A stretch of DNA of 64,000 bases from the human T2T-CHM13v2.0 reference genome, Homo sapiens. Below are positions 25,246 through 36,325 of the stretch, in pieces. Each line of letters starts with the position of its first letter. Position 1 is the stretch's first letter. Under the pieces are notes generated by a model. It searched no databases, was not told where the DNA came from, and worked only from the letters and a program-made list of their open reading frames with translations. A program made the position numbers and the translations under genes. The stretch lies in the NCBI RefSeq assembly GCF_009914755.1, contig NC_060944.1; one strand, written 5' to 3'.

Positions 25246-26421
25246 TTATAACCAATATGAATATATTAATGAGCAGAATTAAAAATTCACATAAATTTTT
25301 AAGTTAAAACATAAAACTTTAAAGAAATGTCCTCCTTGAGGCAGGTTCATCTGGCTATGCCCCAGACTCCTGGGAGCACATGCACTTTCTCATCTGCTAT
25401 TAGGAAAACTTCAATGGTGATGTCTGAGAAACATCCTACAGCATTTGGCAGAGACAGCCTCTGAAACCAGATGAAACCCAGTTCTGCTACTTCCTAACTC
25501 TTGAACCACTGAGCCTCAGATTATGTGATGGGGGAATAAACTGTTATTGTATAATGTGGTTACCACTGGTGCCAGTTGGCCAAGAAGAACAGCAGAATTT
25601 GTCATAGAAAAGCAACAGCTCTTTGTTTAGGGAAACATCCTAATCTGCTTATAAAAGGTGAGGCCTACCAGGACATGACTAAGATGAAAGGACATTGGCT
25701 GATGAGAATTCCTTGTCGTATTGGTTATCTACTGCTGTGTAACAAATTACCCCAAATCTTCCCAGCTTAAGTTGACAACACTTTGTTTAGTTTTACATAG
25801 TTTCTACTATTCAGAAGTTCAGGAGCAGCTTATCTGCGTGCTTCTAGTGTAGGGTCCCTCATGAGGTTGTAGACAACATTAATGAATAAATAGTTAAAAG
25901 TAGAAATAACCCCACTGATTCTGTTTTAAGTCAGAGGGCATATTGAAAGCATTCTAGCAAGGGGAAGAGCATCAGAGCTGGGGGAACTGGGAGAACCGAG
26001 TTCTAATCCCGTATTTGTCTTGCAAACTTGTGTGAACCAAGTGACACACCCAATTTAGGCATCCACTTCAGGGCTCAGGTCATCCTTAAACCCCTCCTAC
26101 CTCTGAAACACTGGGCTCCTTGGGCCCAATGTGCCATCCTGACATTGTGAGCATGAGAAGTGAGGACAGGCAAGCACCCCTGTACTGAGCACAAAAATGT
26201 CAGGCCTTTCCGAGTCTTCCCAGGAAGGACTGTCTTCTTCTTCCCACACTCTCAGAACACAGGATCTTACCATCCAACTCACTACATTTTCCCCCAGAGA
26301 AGAAATCCCATGTCTAAAAGCAAGAGCCTCTTGTTTTCTTTCTCTTTCTTCATCCTTTTTTGAAAAGTCTGTTTCTATTGTGACACCAATCCAACCCATT
26401 CCATTGCTACCTCCTTTATAA

Positions 26422-26641
26422 TTTTTTTTAATAGTCAGCGTATCACTCTGTTGCCCAGGCTGAACTGCAGTGGTCATAGCTCACTGCAGCCTCGACTCCT
26501 GGGCTCAAGCGATCCTCCTGCCTCAGTTTCCTAAGTAGCTAGGACTACAGGCATATGTCGCACATCACTATACCCAGCTAAATTTTTATTATTTTTTTTG
26601 TTTGTTTAGAGACAGAGCCTCACTATGTTGCCCAGGCTGGT
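26422..26641 (-). mobile_element. AluJ, 5'-truncated
   Basis: AluJ features 'catagctcactgcagcctcgactcctgggctcaagcgatcc'. Confidence 0.92.
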
Positions 26642-27309
26642 ATTGCCATCTACTTAACACAGTTCCCTCTCTGCATGTCATGGTAGAACACAGGAAAGGT
26701 GACAACCTGATTGCCAGGTGAAAGAAGAGAGTTCCCAGCACCAAGTGTGCTTCCAGGCATATTAGGCAGGGAGTGAGGCAGGAAAGGAGGAGAAATGCCA
26801 GCACACATGTGAGCAACTTCTATATGTCTGGCTCCTTGCATGCACAATTTTAAGATCCTTACAGCAATCAGCTGAAGTACCCACATGTTACAGGCAAAAA
26901 GCAGTGAGGCTCACTCCAAGCAGTTACATTGGCCAATACCCTGCAGCGACTGCATATGAGAAGTGAGATTTGAATAGCATATGTGAACCCAAACATGGGG
27001 TAAAGAAGAAAAGAAGGAAGGAGAAAGAGAAAGAGGGAAGATGTATCCGTGATTGTTTCCTTCCAGACTGGCACAAAAATGAAAAGCTAGCTCTCCTTGA
27101 TGGGACATGTTGATGGTATGCAAGGTTGGATCCACTTTGCACACACAAGCTCCTTCTGCTATGAAAGAGATTTAACAACCTCAATGAATCCTTAGGGTGT
27201 ATGGAGTGGTGACGGAGATTATTAGAAAAAAATTCTTATCTACCTTTGATGTGGAAGGAAAGGGGGGCCCAAAGTGGTCATTATAACCAACTTGAATCAT
27301 TACTTGAGA

Positions 27310-28365
27310 ACCAGCACAGCATATCGTCAAGTGTGGAGACTCCAGAGGCTGAGTTTGAATCTAAGCTTTGACACATATCAATATGACCTTGAGCAAGTCT
27401 CATAATAGCTATATGTCTCAGCGTCACTATTTGTAAAATGGGAACAATAGTATCTACTGAGAAAACTTGTTAGAAAGATTAAACAAGTCAATAGATTTAA
27501 AGTGCTCAAAAGAGTAGCTGGCATACTCTTCTGTAATACTCAATAAATGCTTGCTATAATAATTAGTGGTGAAGAATGTGTACTCCAAAGCCAGACTGCC
27601 AGGATTCAAATTCCACTCAACCATTCCAAGCTCATGACCATGGAGAATTGACATAGCCTTTCTAAGCTTCCATTTTCTCATCTGTGAAAGGAGCGGGAAA
27701 AAAATCTATCTCAGAAGAGTTTTAGCAGATGGTATTTTCCAAAGATGACTACAACAGTATCTCCCACCCCCATTTGCTTCTACACTGTGACTTTGCCACT
27801 GCCCCATTAACACGGGCAGGCTCATTCTCCTCCCCTTGAACCTGGTTGTGACTGTTAACCTTTCCACAAATAGGATGGACATAGCAGAAGTAATGCTGTA
27901 TAACTTCTGAGGGTACATTAGAAAAAGCCAGGTAGCCTCTTCCTGGTTCCATTGAGATGCTCACTTTTAAAACACAGCCTCCATACTGTGAGGAAGCCCA
28001 AGCAGTTCAAGAAGAGGCACACTTGAGAGAAACTGAGCCCTCCAGCTCATAGCTAAGCTGAGCTCCCAGCACTCCCTTGATAGTCAGGGAAGTGAGCCAT
28101 TTTCCAGCCCTCAAACTGTCCCAGCAGATACTGCATGAAACAGACACAAGCTCTTCCACTAAGCCCTGCCGAAAATGAATATGCATGAGCAAAATAAATG
28201 ATTGTTATTGTTCTGAGCCACTAAGTTTCTAGGTGGTTTGTTATGTATCAATAGTAACTAGGACAGAAACGCTGGGGAAATTTCTAAATGACAATAAAAT
28301 AAGGACTTAGCTTAGTGCCTAGAATGTGTGAAGAAGTGCTCATTAGCGATGATCATTGTTGGTAT
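27310..28365 (+). mobile_element. Two tandem MIRs; the second is split by an MLT1H
   Basis: MIR cores at ~27340-27560 and 27570-27720; MIR 3' end resumes at ~28270-28365. Confidence 0.7.
27721..28265 (+). mobile_element. MLT1H-like MaLR LTR
   Basis: Start 'gcagatggtattttccaaagatgactacaacagtatctccc'; end 'agccactaagtttctaggtggtttgttatgtatcaatagtaactaggaca'. Confidence 0.85.
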
Positions 28366-29289
28366 CGTTCAGTAACTTCCCAAAGTCACACAGCTAATAA
28401 AGGTCATGACCAGGATTCAATCCGAGGCCTCCAGTCTCACTTCATATTATGCTGAGGATCAGGAAGGTAGGCAAATCCAATGTTCAAGGAACCAAGCACC
28501 TCTTCTTCCACTGAGCTGGAAGGCTGGAGTATCAAGATGATGGGAACATGGGCAATGCCTCTTTGTGGCTCCTACACTCAGGTTTGGATTGAAAGCAGAG
28601 ACCCCAGAGACTATGGATGAGGGAACATTGGCTAACATTCTTTCTTTTCCTTTAAGCTAAGTACCAAGAGTGTGAGATCGTTGATTCTCAAGGGAAAAGC
28701 TACCCCCTCTATGGAAAAGTAAAATATGCAAACATTAACCAGAGGATAGATGGGAATGCATAATTCACAACTAGCTGTCTCTCTGGACCAAAGCAGGAAG
28801 GAGTTGGTTGAACTTCAGGTCAGAGAAAAACAATTCTAGCTATTGCATTCCAGCACCTACGTATTCAATTACCATAAAGTTTTTTGCCCCTGGGGAGACC
28901 ACTGGAACCTGCATCAGCATCAAAACCTTTCTTAATATCATTCTGCGGTAAGCTGAGATATGCAGCACCCTGGCAATTGATATGCAAATTAAATAAACAA
29001 AACGACATAATAAATAATTAAATCAGTCTAACTTGATGAATGAATTAATCATATTGGAGTGATGAGAAGAAGCCGGCACTGTCACCCAGAAGATCATTGA
29101 GAAAAATGAAACATTCATAACAAGGCCATTTCAGCATAGGATGTTGCCTCCTATATTGATTACCTGCACTAGCCTTTGAAAAGAATAGGTGCTCAATAAA
29201 TATTAGTGGAATCAAAAGAACTTTTATCACCAAGATCATCTCTCTGCAGTATATGGAATTATTCATTCAATAAGCGATTGCATCAACAT

Positions 29290-29480
29290 TTTCTCATTTC
29301 AGTCTTATTTAAGAATAAAGTAACTCTGAAAGGGAGACAAGGGCAGATACTTACTGATATCTCCCATCTTACAGTTGAGGAAAATAAAGCTAAGACCGAG
29401 TGACTTGCCCACTGTCATATGGTTGGAATGAGAGGAACTTAGACTCAATTTGGGAGTCCTGGCCTCTATTACCCTCCTCT
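29290..29480 (-). mobile_element. MIR SINE
   Basis: 'ctcccatcttacagttgaggaaaataaagct...gtgacttgcccactgtcata'. Confidence 0.75.
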
Positions 29481-29709
29481 GCACCCCACTGATGGGGATA
29501 TTTCTGTCTACATAAGTGTGTATGCAGGGAGAGATGCTACAGCCACCCACTACTTCTCCAACCATTTCCCGTAATAAATCAATTCCAGATTAATTTCAAG
29601 TTTATACCTGAATACATTTTGTGCCTCCACCCATTTTTGCCTTTTGTTTAGTTACTGTACATAGCATCTCTTTATAGGCAACTAAGAAATGGAGGTAGGC
29701 ATGAGGAAA

Positions 29710-30000
29710 AGAAAAGTACTGTGCAGCCATTAAAATTAATGGTGAAGAATATTTAGCCACATAGGAAAATTTCCGCAATATATTGCTAAGCAAAAACAAA
29801 GGCTTTCAAACTGCACATATAGTAATAGACACACACATACACAAAGAGACAAAAAGACTGAAAGCACACGTCAAAAAGCAAACAGTCATTATTTCCACAT
29901 GGCGGGATTATAAGGGGTTTTTATTTCTCTCTTTGGGTATTTGTAAATACTTTTAGAAATTTATACAATAAGAATGTATTAACTTTTGTAATTTAAATTG
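29710..30000 (+). mobile_element. L1ME 3' fragment
   Basis: 'gtactgtgcagccattaaaa', 'acaataagaatgtattaacttttgtaat'. Confidence 0.65.
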
Positions 30001-30060
30001 TTATTTGTAAAACTAAAGCAAATTATAGTGGTGGGGGTGGGGAATAAAATGCTTCTGAGG

Positions 30061-30201
30061 GGTGGGAATGGTGGTCAGGCTCATGAGTGTAATCCTAACA
30101 CATTGGGAGGCCAAGGCACGTGGGCCACTGGAGGCCAGGGGTTCGAGACCAGCCTGGGAAACATGGTGAGACCCAGTCTCTAAAAAAAAAACTTGTGGTT
30201 T

Positions 30202-30249
<48 letters not shown>

Positions 30250-30415
30250 TAATCAGCTGGGCATGATGGCGCATGCCTGTAGTCCTAGCTACTTGGGAGG
30301 CTGAGGCCAGAGGATCACTTGAGCCCAGGAATTTGTAGCTGCAGTGAGCTTTAATTGAGCCACGGCACTCCAATCTGGGCAACAAAGTGAAACCCTGACT
30401 CTAAATAAATAAAAA
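30061..30415 (+). mobile_element. AluJ with (TTG)n in the central linker
   Basis: Diverged Alu dimer; AluJ-type 'aggatcacttgagcccagga'. Confidence 0.92.
30202..30246. repeat. (TTG)15 microsatellite
   Basis: Perfect trinucleotide run. Confidence 0.95.
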
Positions 30416-30600
30416 TGACTCTGAGCCCACATCTCATAGAAGTCATATATGTTTCAGTATTTTGTTTTAAAGAGGATTTCTTATCAATATGGCTAAATTT
30501 TGAGGCTGTGTGGGATGCGAAATAATTTAGAACTTCATCCCACAATGAGATGGGATATGCCCTCAAGTCAGTGGCTCTGAAACAAGATGAAATAATTACA

Positions 30601-30690
30601 AAAAAGAAAAAGGAAGGAAGGGAGGAAGGGAAGAATGGAGGAAGGGAAGAAGGGAAGGAGGGAGGGAGGGAGGGAGGGAGGGAGGGAATA
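30601..30690. repeat. Polypurine (GGAA/GGGA)n tract
   Basis: Near-pure purine run. Confidence 0.9.
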
Positions 30691-32517
30691 AAAACCTGCC
30701 AAAGGAAAACTCCCTAGTTTTCCTGGAAAGACCCAACCCTTTCTTCTTTTCCCAATTCCCTAAAGGGCTAAATAACTCAAAACAGAATATAAACTTCAGA
30801 GATAGCCCTTATTTCTGGCTCTATAGGAGATTCGATGGTGCCAAGGAAAACAAGTTATGTATCAAAGAAAAATCAACTAGACTATTTCAGAATAAGTAAG
30901 AGACCTGAAAATATACACTTCCATTCCAAAACGAGTTAAAGAAAAAAAAAGGCAGAAGGGAGAATCATGCAGCACATCTGGGGTGAAAAAAAAAGAGAAG
31001 TAAATAGATTTTTAAGTGAATTATAAGTTTGCTGTGTGACAGCAATGATTTGAACTCTCAAAGAAATTGAAAAAAACCACAGAAACAATATATCAAAATC
31101 TAAAATATGAAATTATAAGACAATAAAGTGACATGATAGAGCTAGGAAAAAAGTTAAATCATAAGTTCACTGCAGAATGCAAAATAACATAATGGAGCAA
31201 GTCAACAATGTAATTATAAAAAAATCAAAACTTGAGATTATCAAATAGAATGCAGAAGTACATGACAGACTCAGAAAAAGCAACCCAGGAGACAATATTG
31301 GATGCAAAAAATAAACAACAAGGATCTAGAATGAGCGGGCCCAAGAAAGAACTGAGAAAGCAAAATAGAAAGTAGTCAGTGATACGACGGAAGAAAATAT
31401 TCATAATCTTAAAGAAAGTCTAATTGTGACTATTAGCAGGACTCACAGGCAACAGAAAAAAAATTACTGAAAAGCAACCAATATGGAGAAACATCCTAGT
31501 GAAATCCCTGAATACCAAGGATTAAAATAGAACTGCACAAGCATGTCATTCAAACACTTGGTCACCTGCAAAGGAAAATATCTTTTAGCATCTCTAGATT
31601 TCAGGAAATCATCCATGAAGATCTGAGGAAGAAGGTATTATTCTTCACCCAGCCAACCAGTTATTCATATAAAGGGTGAAAAAGGAGGAGGAGAAAAGAG
31701 AAGATGATCGTGAAGACATTAGAAGGGAAGAAAAAAGATGAAGGAAAAGAAGAGACAAAGATGAAGAACATATTCTCAAAATACAAGGAATCATGAATGC
31801 ACTATTGCTGAACTGAAAGCTAGGAGTCACATTCTAACCAAAAGTTCAATCAAAATATAGATCTCAAAAAATGAGTAAGCAGTAATATGAAGGCATCTTA
31901 AATTTTTGGTGAAATTCAAAAATAGAATTGAGTCTAAATAATTATGGCATAGTTATACAACTTTTTAATTGTTAAACTTTATTATTTAAAAAATTTTTTA
32001 ACCTACAGCTAGAAATAAAAGTAGATTGTGGGTATTCCCTATAGCAAAGGTGGATACTCATAACAACAACAACAAAAAACAGATTTAAAGGTAAAGATAT
32101 CAGTTAAAACTAAAAGCAGAATGGGGTTAACTCAACAGTAAGACATTCTTAAAATGAATCCAAAACCAATAAAAACAAGTATACAACATTTATCAGGAAG
32201 AAGACTAAAGCTGTAACTCAAAAACAGAAAATAAAGACAAAAATATACCAGGAAAAAAAAATTCTAAGAAAATGAAAGCAGAGATTATTCTTTTATACAT
32301 GATTAAGCTGGATTCAACAAGAGAAATAGTATTAAGTTTTACCAAGAAAGATCACTTTCAAATTGACAAATGGCACAATCCACAATAAAGATATAAGTGT
32401 CAAAATGCCCATGGTCTGGATTACACAGTATCAAACATTGTAAAACAAACAAACAAACAAACAAAAAAACAAACAAAAAAAACCACCATTGAAAATACTA
32501 GGTGGATGTTGTGGGGC

Positions 32518-32893
32518 TGATATGGTTGGGCTTTGTGTCCCCACCCAATGTCATCTTGAATTGCAATCCCCAGTTGTTGAGGGAGAGACCTGGTAGGAAG
32601 TTATTGGATTATGGGGGCGGCTTCCCCCACGCGGTTCTCGTGATAGTGAGTCTCACGAGATCTGATGGTTTTAAAAGTGGCCATTTCTCCTGTGCATGCA
32701 CTTTCTCCTTCCTGCTGCCTTGTGAAGAAGGTGCCTGCTTTCTCTTCTGCCATGATTGTAAGTTTCCCGAGGCCTCCCTAGCCATGCTTTCTGTTAAGCC
32801 TGTGGAACAGTGAAGTCAATTAAACCTCTTTCCTTTATTATTACCCACTCATAGGTAGTATTTTTTATAGCAGTGTGAAAACGAACTAATACA
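32518..32893 (+). mobile_element. THE1D solo LTR (MaLR)
   Basis: 'tgatatggttgggctttgtgtccccaccca...gaactaataca'; 5-bp TSD ggggc/agggc. Confidence 0.92.
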
Positions 32894-33749
32894 AGGGCAG
32901 TGAAAGAAAATAACAGCAGTGACTAATCAGAAAGAAGTATTAACGTAGGGGATCTGATTAATATTATTAAAATCGATATAAAAGCTTTACGCATACTTTG
33001 TGTACTGTAAATATTTAGTTCCTTTTCTAACACTCACTAAATCATTATAAAATCAACCAAAATTAAACAACCAAGAAAACACCATTAAGTTTTCAAAAAA
33101 GAAATTAATAATACAGATTACAGTCTCCATTTACACTACAAAAGCCAAAAATTAATTTCAAAAGTAGAACAAAATAATTATTTCAACAGCTTGGAAATAA
33201 TTTTTGGGTCAAAAATAAAACCAAAATAGCAATTACAGATTTTTAGAGAATAGCAATAATGAACCCAATACATATCAAAATACATGGAAAGTAGCCAAAG
33301 TATACCAAATGTAACTTTCATAGACTTAAATACTTTAATAACTGAGCAAGAAATAAAATGTTAATTATTTAAGAAATCAGCTCAAGACCCTAGAAAATAA
33401 AGAGTTGAATGAAGCAGAAAGAGAGGCTTAATAAAGATAAAGGCAGAAAACAATTCATTAAAAAAACAGAAAAACATCAGAATAAATCTAAAATCTGGTT
33501 CTTTGAGAAAAAGAAAATAAACTATTAATAGATAAAACATGAATTAATCTCATCAAAGAGAAAATAAAATAAAAGCATAAACCAAAGTAGAAATGAGAAG
33601 GAAACAGTTACAGAAAGAATTTCAAAGTTTCATTCAGTAGAAAATACTTCATCTGTCAACAAATTTGAGAACTTGAATAAAATTATAATATATATATCTT
33701 TCAAAAGAGCACTGGATCCAATCATTGTCTAGGGTAATTCTTGTGTCTT

Positions 33750-34075
33750 TATTTGCTTATTTTTATTGATTTATTTTTTGAGACAGGGTCTCACTCTGTC
33801 ACCTAGGCTAGAGTGCAGTGGTGCAATCATAGCTCACTGCAGGTCTACCAACTGGGCTCAAGCAATCCTCCTGCATCAGGCTCTCAAGTAGCTGAGAATA
33901 CAGATGCATGCCACCACACTTAGCTATTTTCTTTTATTTTTTGTAGAGACTAGGGGCCGGTGGGAGGGTCTCCGTGTGTTCCCCAGGCTGGTCTCTAACT
34001 CCTGAGCTCAAGCTCTCCTCCAACCTCAACCTCCCAAAGTGCTCGGATTATAGGCTTGAGAAACCACGCCCAGCC
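33750..34075 (-). mobile_element. AluJ, full length
   Basis: Antisense Alu with AluJ features; flanking 'tcttgtg' repeats. Confidence 0.93.
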
Positions 34076-34099
34076 TCTTGTGCTATTTTAAGTCCCTTA

Positions 34100-34378
34100 G
34101 AACCTTGCTACACAAAATGTCGGCCCTGAGCCAGCAACATGGGCATCACCTGATTAGTCATTTTTACTTATATTTTGTGATTTAAAATCCCTTTTGCAAT
34201 ACAGATTTTTAAAAACTTTTAAGAAGTATCTCGCATTGTTTTTATGGTTTCCTGATGGTTCAGGTTACTGCTAGTTAGAAAGGCAGACTCTCAAGCCCCA
34301 CTCTGGACCTACTGAATCACCATCTGTATTTTAACAAGCTCCCAGATGATTCATAGGCACATTTGAGAAGCATGGTTT
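34100..34378 (+). mobile_element. MER5A1 (hAT-Charlie) with a ~117-bp foreign insert at 34154-34270
   Basis: 'ccagcaacatgggcatcacctga' | insert | 'ctagttagaaaggcagactctcaagcccc...acctactgaatca...tttgagaagca'. Confidence 0.85.
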
Positions 34379-35659
34379 TAGATCTAAAGAGGAAAGCTTC
34401 CATTCTTTAAGAATAGTATGTAAGAGATCTACAGATTATTTTATTTATACAGACTCAAAAGTCCAAGTTGAAATTTCTAGCAAAAAGAATCCAACACTTC
34501 ATTAAATAGATACCATTCAACAAAGAAGTGGATTTCATTTCAGGAATGTGACAATAGTTTATTGCTAAATTTATTAAGAGAAAAGAAGAATATAAGTGAA
34601 TTTACTTTAAAATTATTTTAGGCTGGGGAAGGCTTTTTTGAGTACAACCCCAAGCCAAAAATATAAATTCAGTGGTTGAAATACTTCATAAAAACTTTTA
34701 AAAATCTGTATTGCAAAAAACGTTTTAAATCACAACCAAGATGTAAAAAAAAAAAAAGACTACAAATATATATGAAGCTTCAAAGAAGGGATTATTATCT
34801 ACAATGTACAAAGAGCTACTAAAACTTACAAATAAAAAGACAATGGATGAAGGATATTAATCACTTCACAAAAGAAAAGCAAATGATCAATAACTATGTT
34901 CGTGTCTTCCCTCATTCACCAGCAAGCATTAAATGGCACTCATCTAGATTCTGAGGACTCAGCAGCAAATAAAACAAGGTAACTTCCCACAAGATTATCT
35001 AACTAATAATTAATCAAAAATGTCAACTAATAGACTGGTACCTGACAGACTGGCAAAAATTCAAAAGATAAATTAATATCCTGAGTCAACAAATACGTCA
35101 GGAAATAAACACCTTCATACATTCATGATGGGACTTTCAACTGCCACCAATTGTGCTGCAGTTTAATAAAATAAGGCATAGCTTCTAACAGAATATATCC
35201 ATAGAAAATAGACAAATAGGTATGAAGATCTTCCTCACAGCATTATGCACAATAGTGAAAAGAACCTTCGTGTCCATCAACAGAAGAATGGCACAATAGC
35301 ATCACCAACATTTTTCATCTATTGCTATTTGTTCATATATTAGGTATGTATTATTTGTTATCATATCAATAGCAGAATAAAATACTCTTGAAATATTTAT
35401 TTCACATTATTTCAGATCCAAGGCTAAGATATGTTAGAGGCAATAGAAACCCTAATACATTTTACATGACGATGATGAAATAACTTGTGTGGGAATTTGG
35501 CTTTGTATATAAGATACATATGTTTAGGGATGTAAGCATCACTCAAAGCTTCCTGAAAGACAGATCCAAGGCTGCCTATGTGTCTCTGATAGCTGAGGCT
35601 GACCGTCTCAGAACCACACTCAAACACAGTGTGGTGTTCAGATGCCTTCATCATCATGT

Positions 35660-36325
35660 TCCTCCTATAGTTCACATCCCCTCCTTTGCATCTCACCGGC
35701 ACCCAGGAACCAGGGTGCTTTTTAAAAAAACACACAAGTTAAATCCCAGCTCTTCCTCCATTGGTTTCTTACTGCTCTAACCACAAAAAGGTAAGGTCCC
35801 GATTCTAATGGCCCACGAAGTCCTGAGTGACAGTCACCAGCTCCTGCCCACTCTCCAACCGCATCTTGTTGCTTCTTTCCTGTGACTCCCGGTGCTCTGG
35901 CCACATGAGCCTTCTAACAATTCCCAGAGTATTCCAAGCTCTGTGTCACCTCAGGGACTTTGCACGTATTCTCAAACTGGGTGTTCTTTTCCCTGTTCTC
36001 TTCAGAACAGGCTTTTCTGTCCTTCAAGTTTCAGCCTAAAGATGCTCTCTGCAGCCTGGCTCTACTCCCTGGCCACTACAACACCCTGCTTGTCTCCTTC
36101 AATGCACTTCCCACAATCTGGGGGAAACAGAGGAGAGAATTGGCCATACTTTGTGCATTAATTATTTTTTTACTTATTCACTGTGTGTCTCCTTCACTGC
36201 AATGTATGTTTCAGAAAGCTGACCCTGTGTCTATTTTGCTCTTCACCGAATCCCCAGCAGTCTAGCTCAGAGCCTGCAATGCTGACGGCATTCAAATTCT
36301 GGTAAATGAATAATTGAATGTGAAC
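35660..36325 (+). mobile_element. L2 LINE 3' end
   Basis: 'cctcagggactttgcac', 'tcttcaccgaatccccagcagtctag...taaatgaataattgaatg'. Confidence 0.8.

Larger units (their letters stand above)
30900..35300 (+). mobile_element. Ancient L1M relic (ORF1/ORF2 remnants) carrying THE1D, AluJ and MER5A1 insertions
   Basis: A-rich strand bias; ORF2-like remnants 'acatatcaaaatacatggaaagtagccaaag', 'ctggttctttgagaaaa', 'aaagagcactggatccaatc'; no open frames. Confidence 0.75.

Noticed and set aside
30900-35300. Possible L1 ORF1/ORF2 coding sequence
   Set aside because: Heavily decayed; no long ORF in the track; interrupted by three younger elements.
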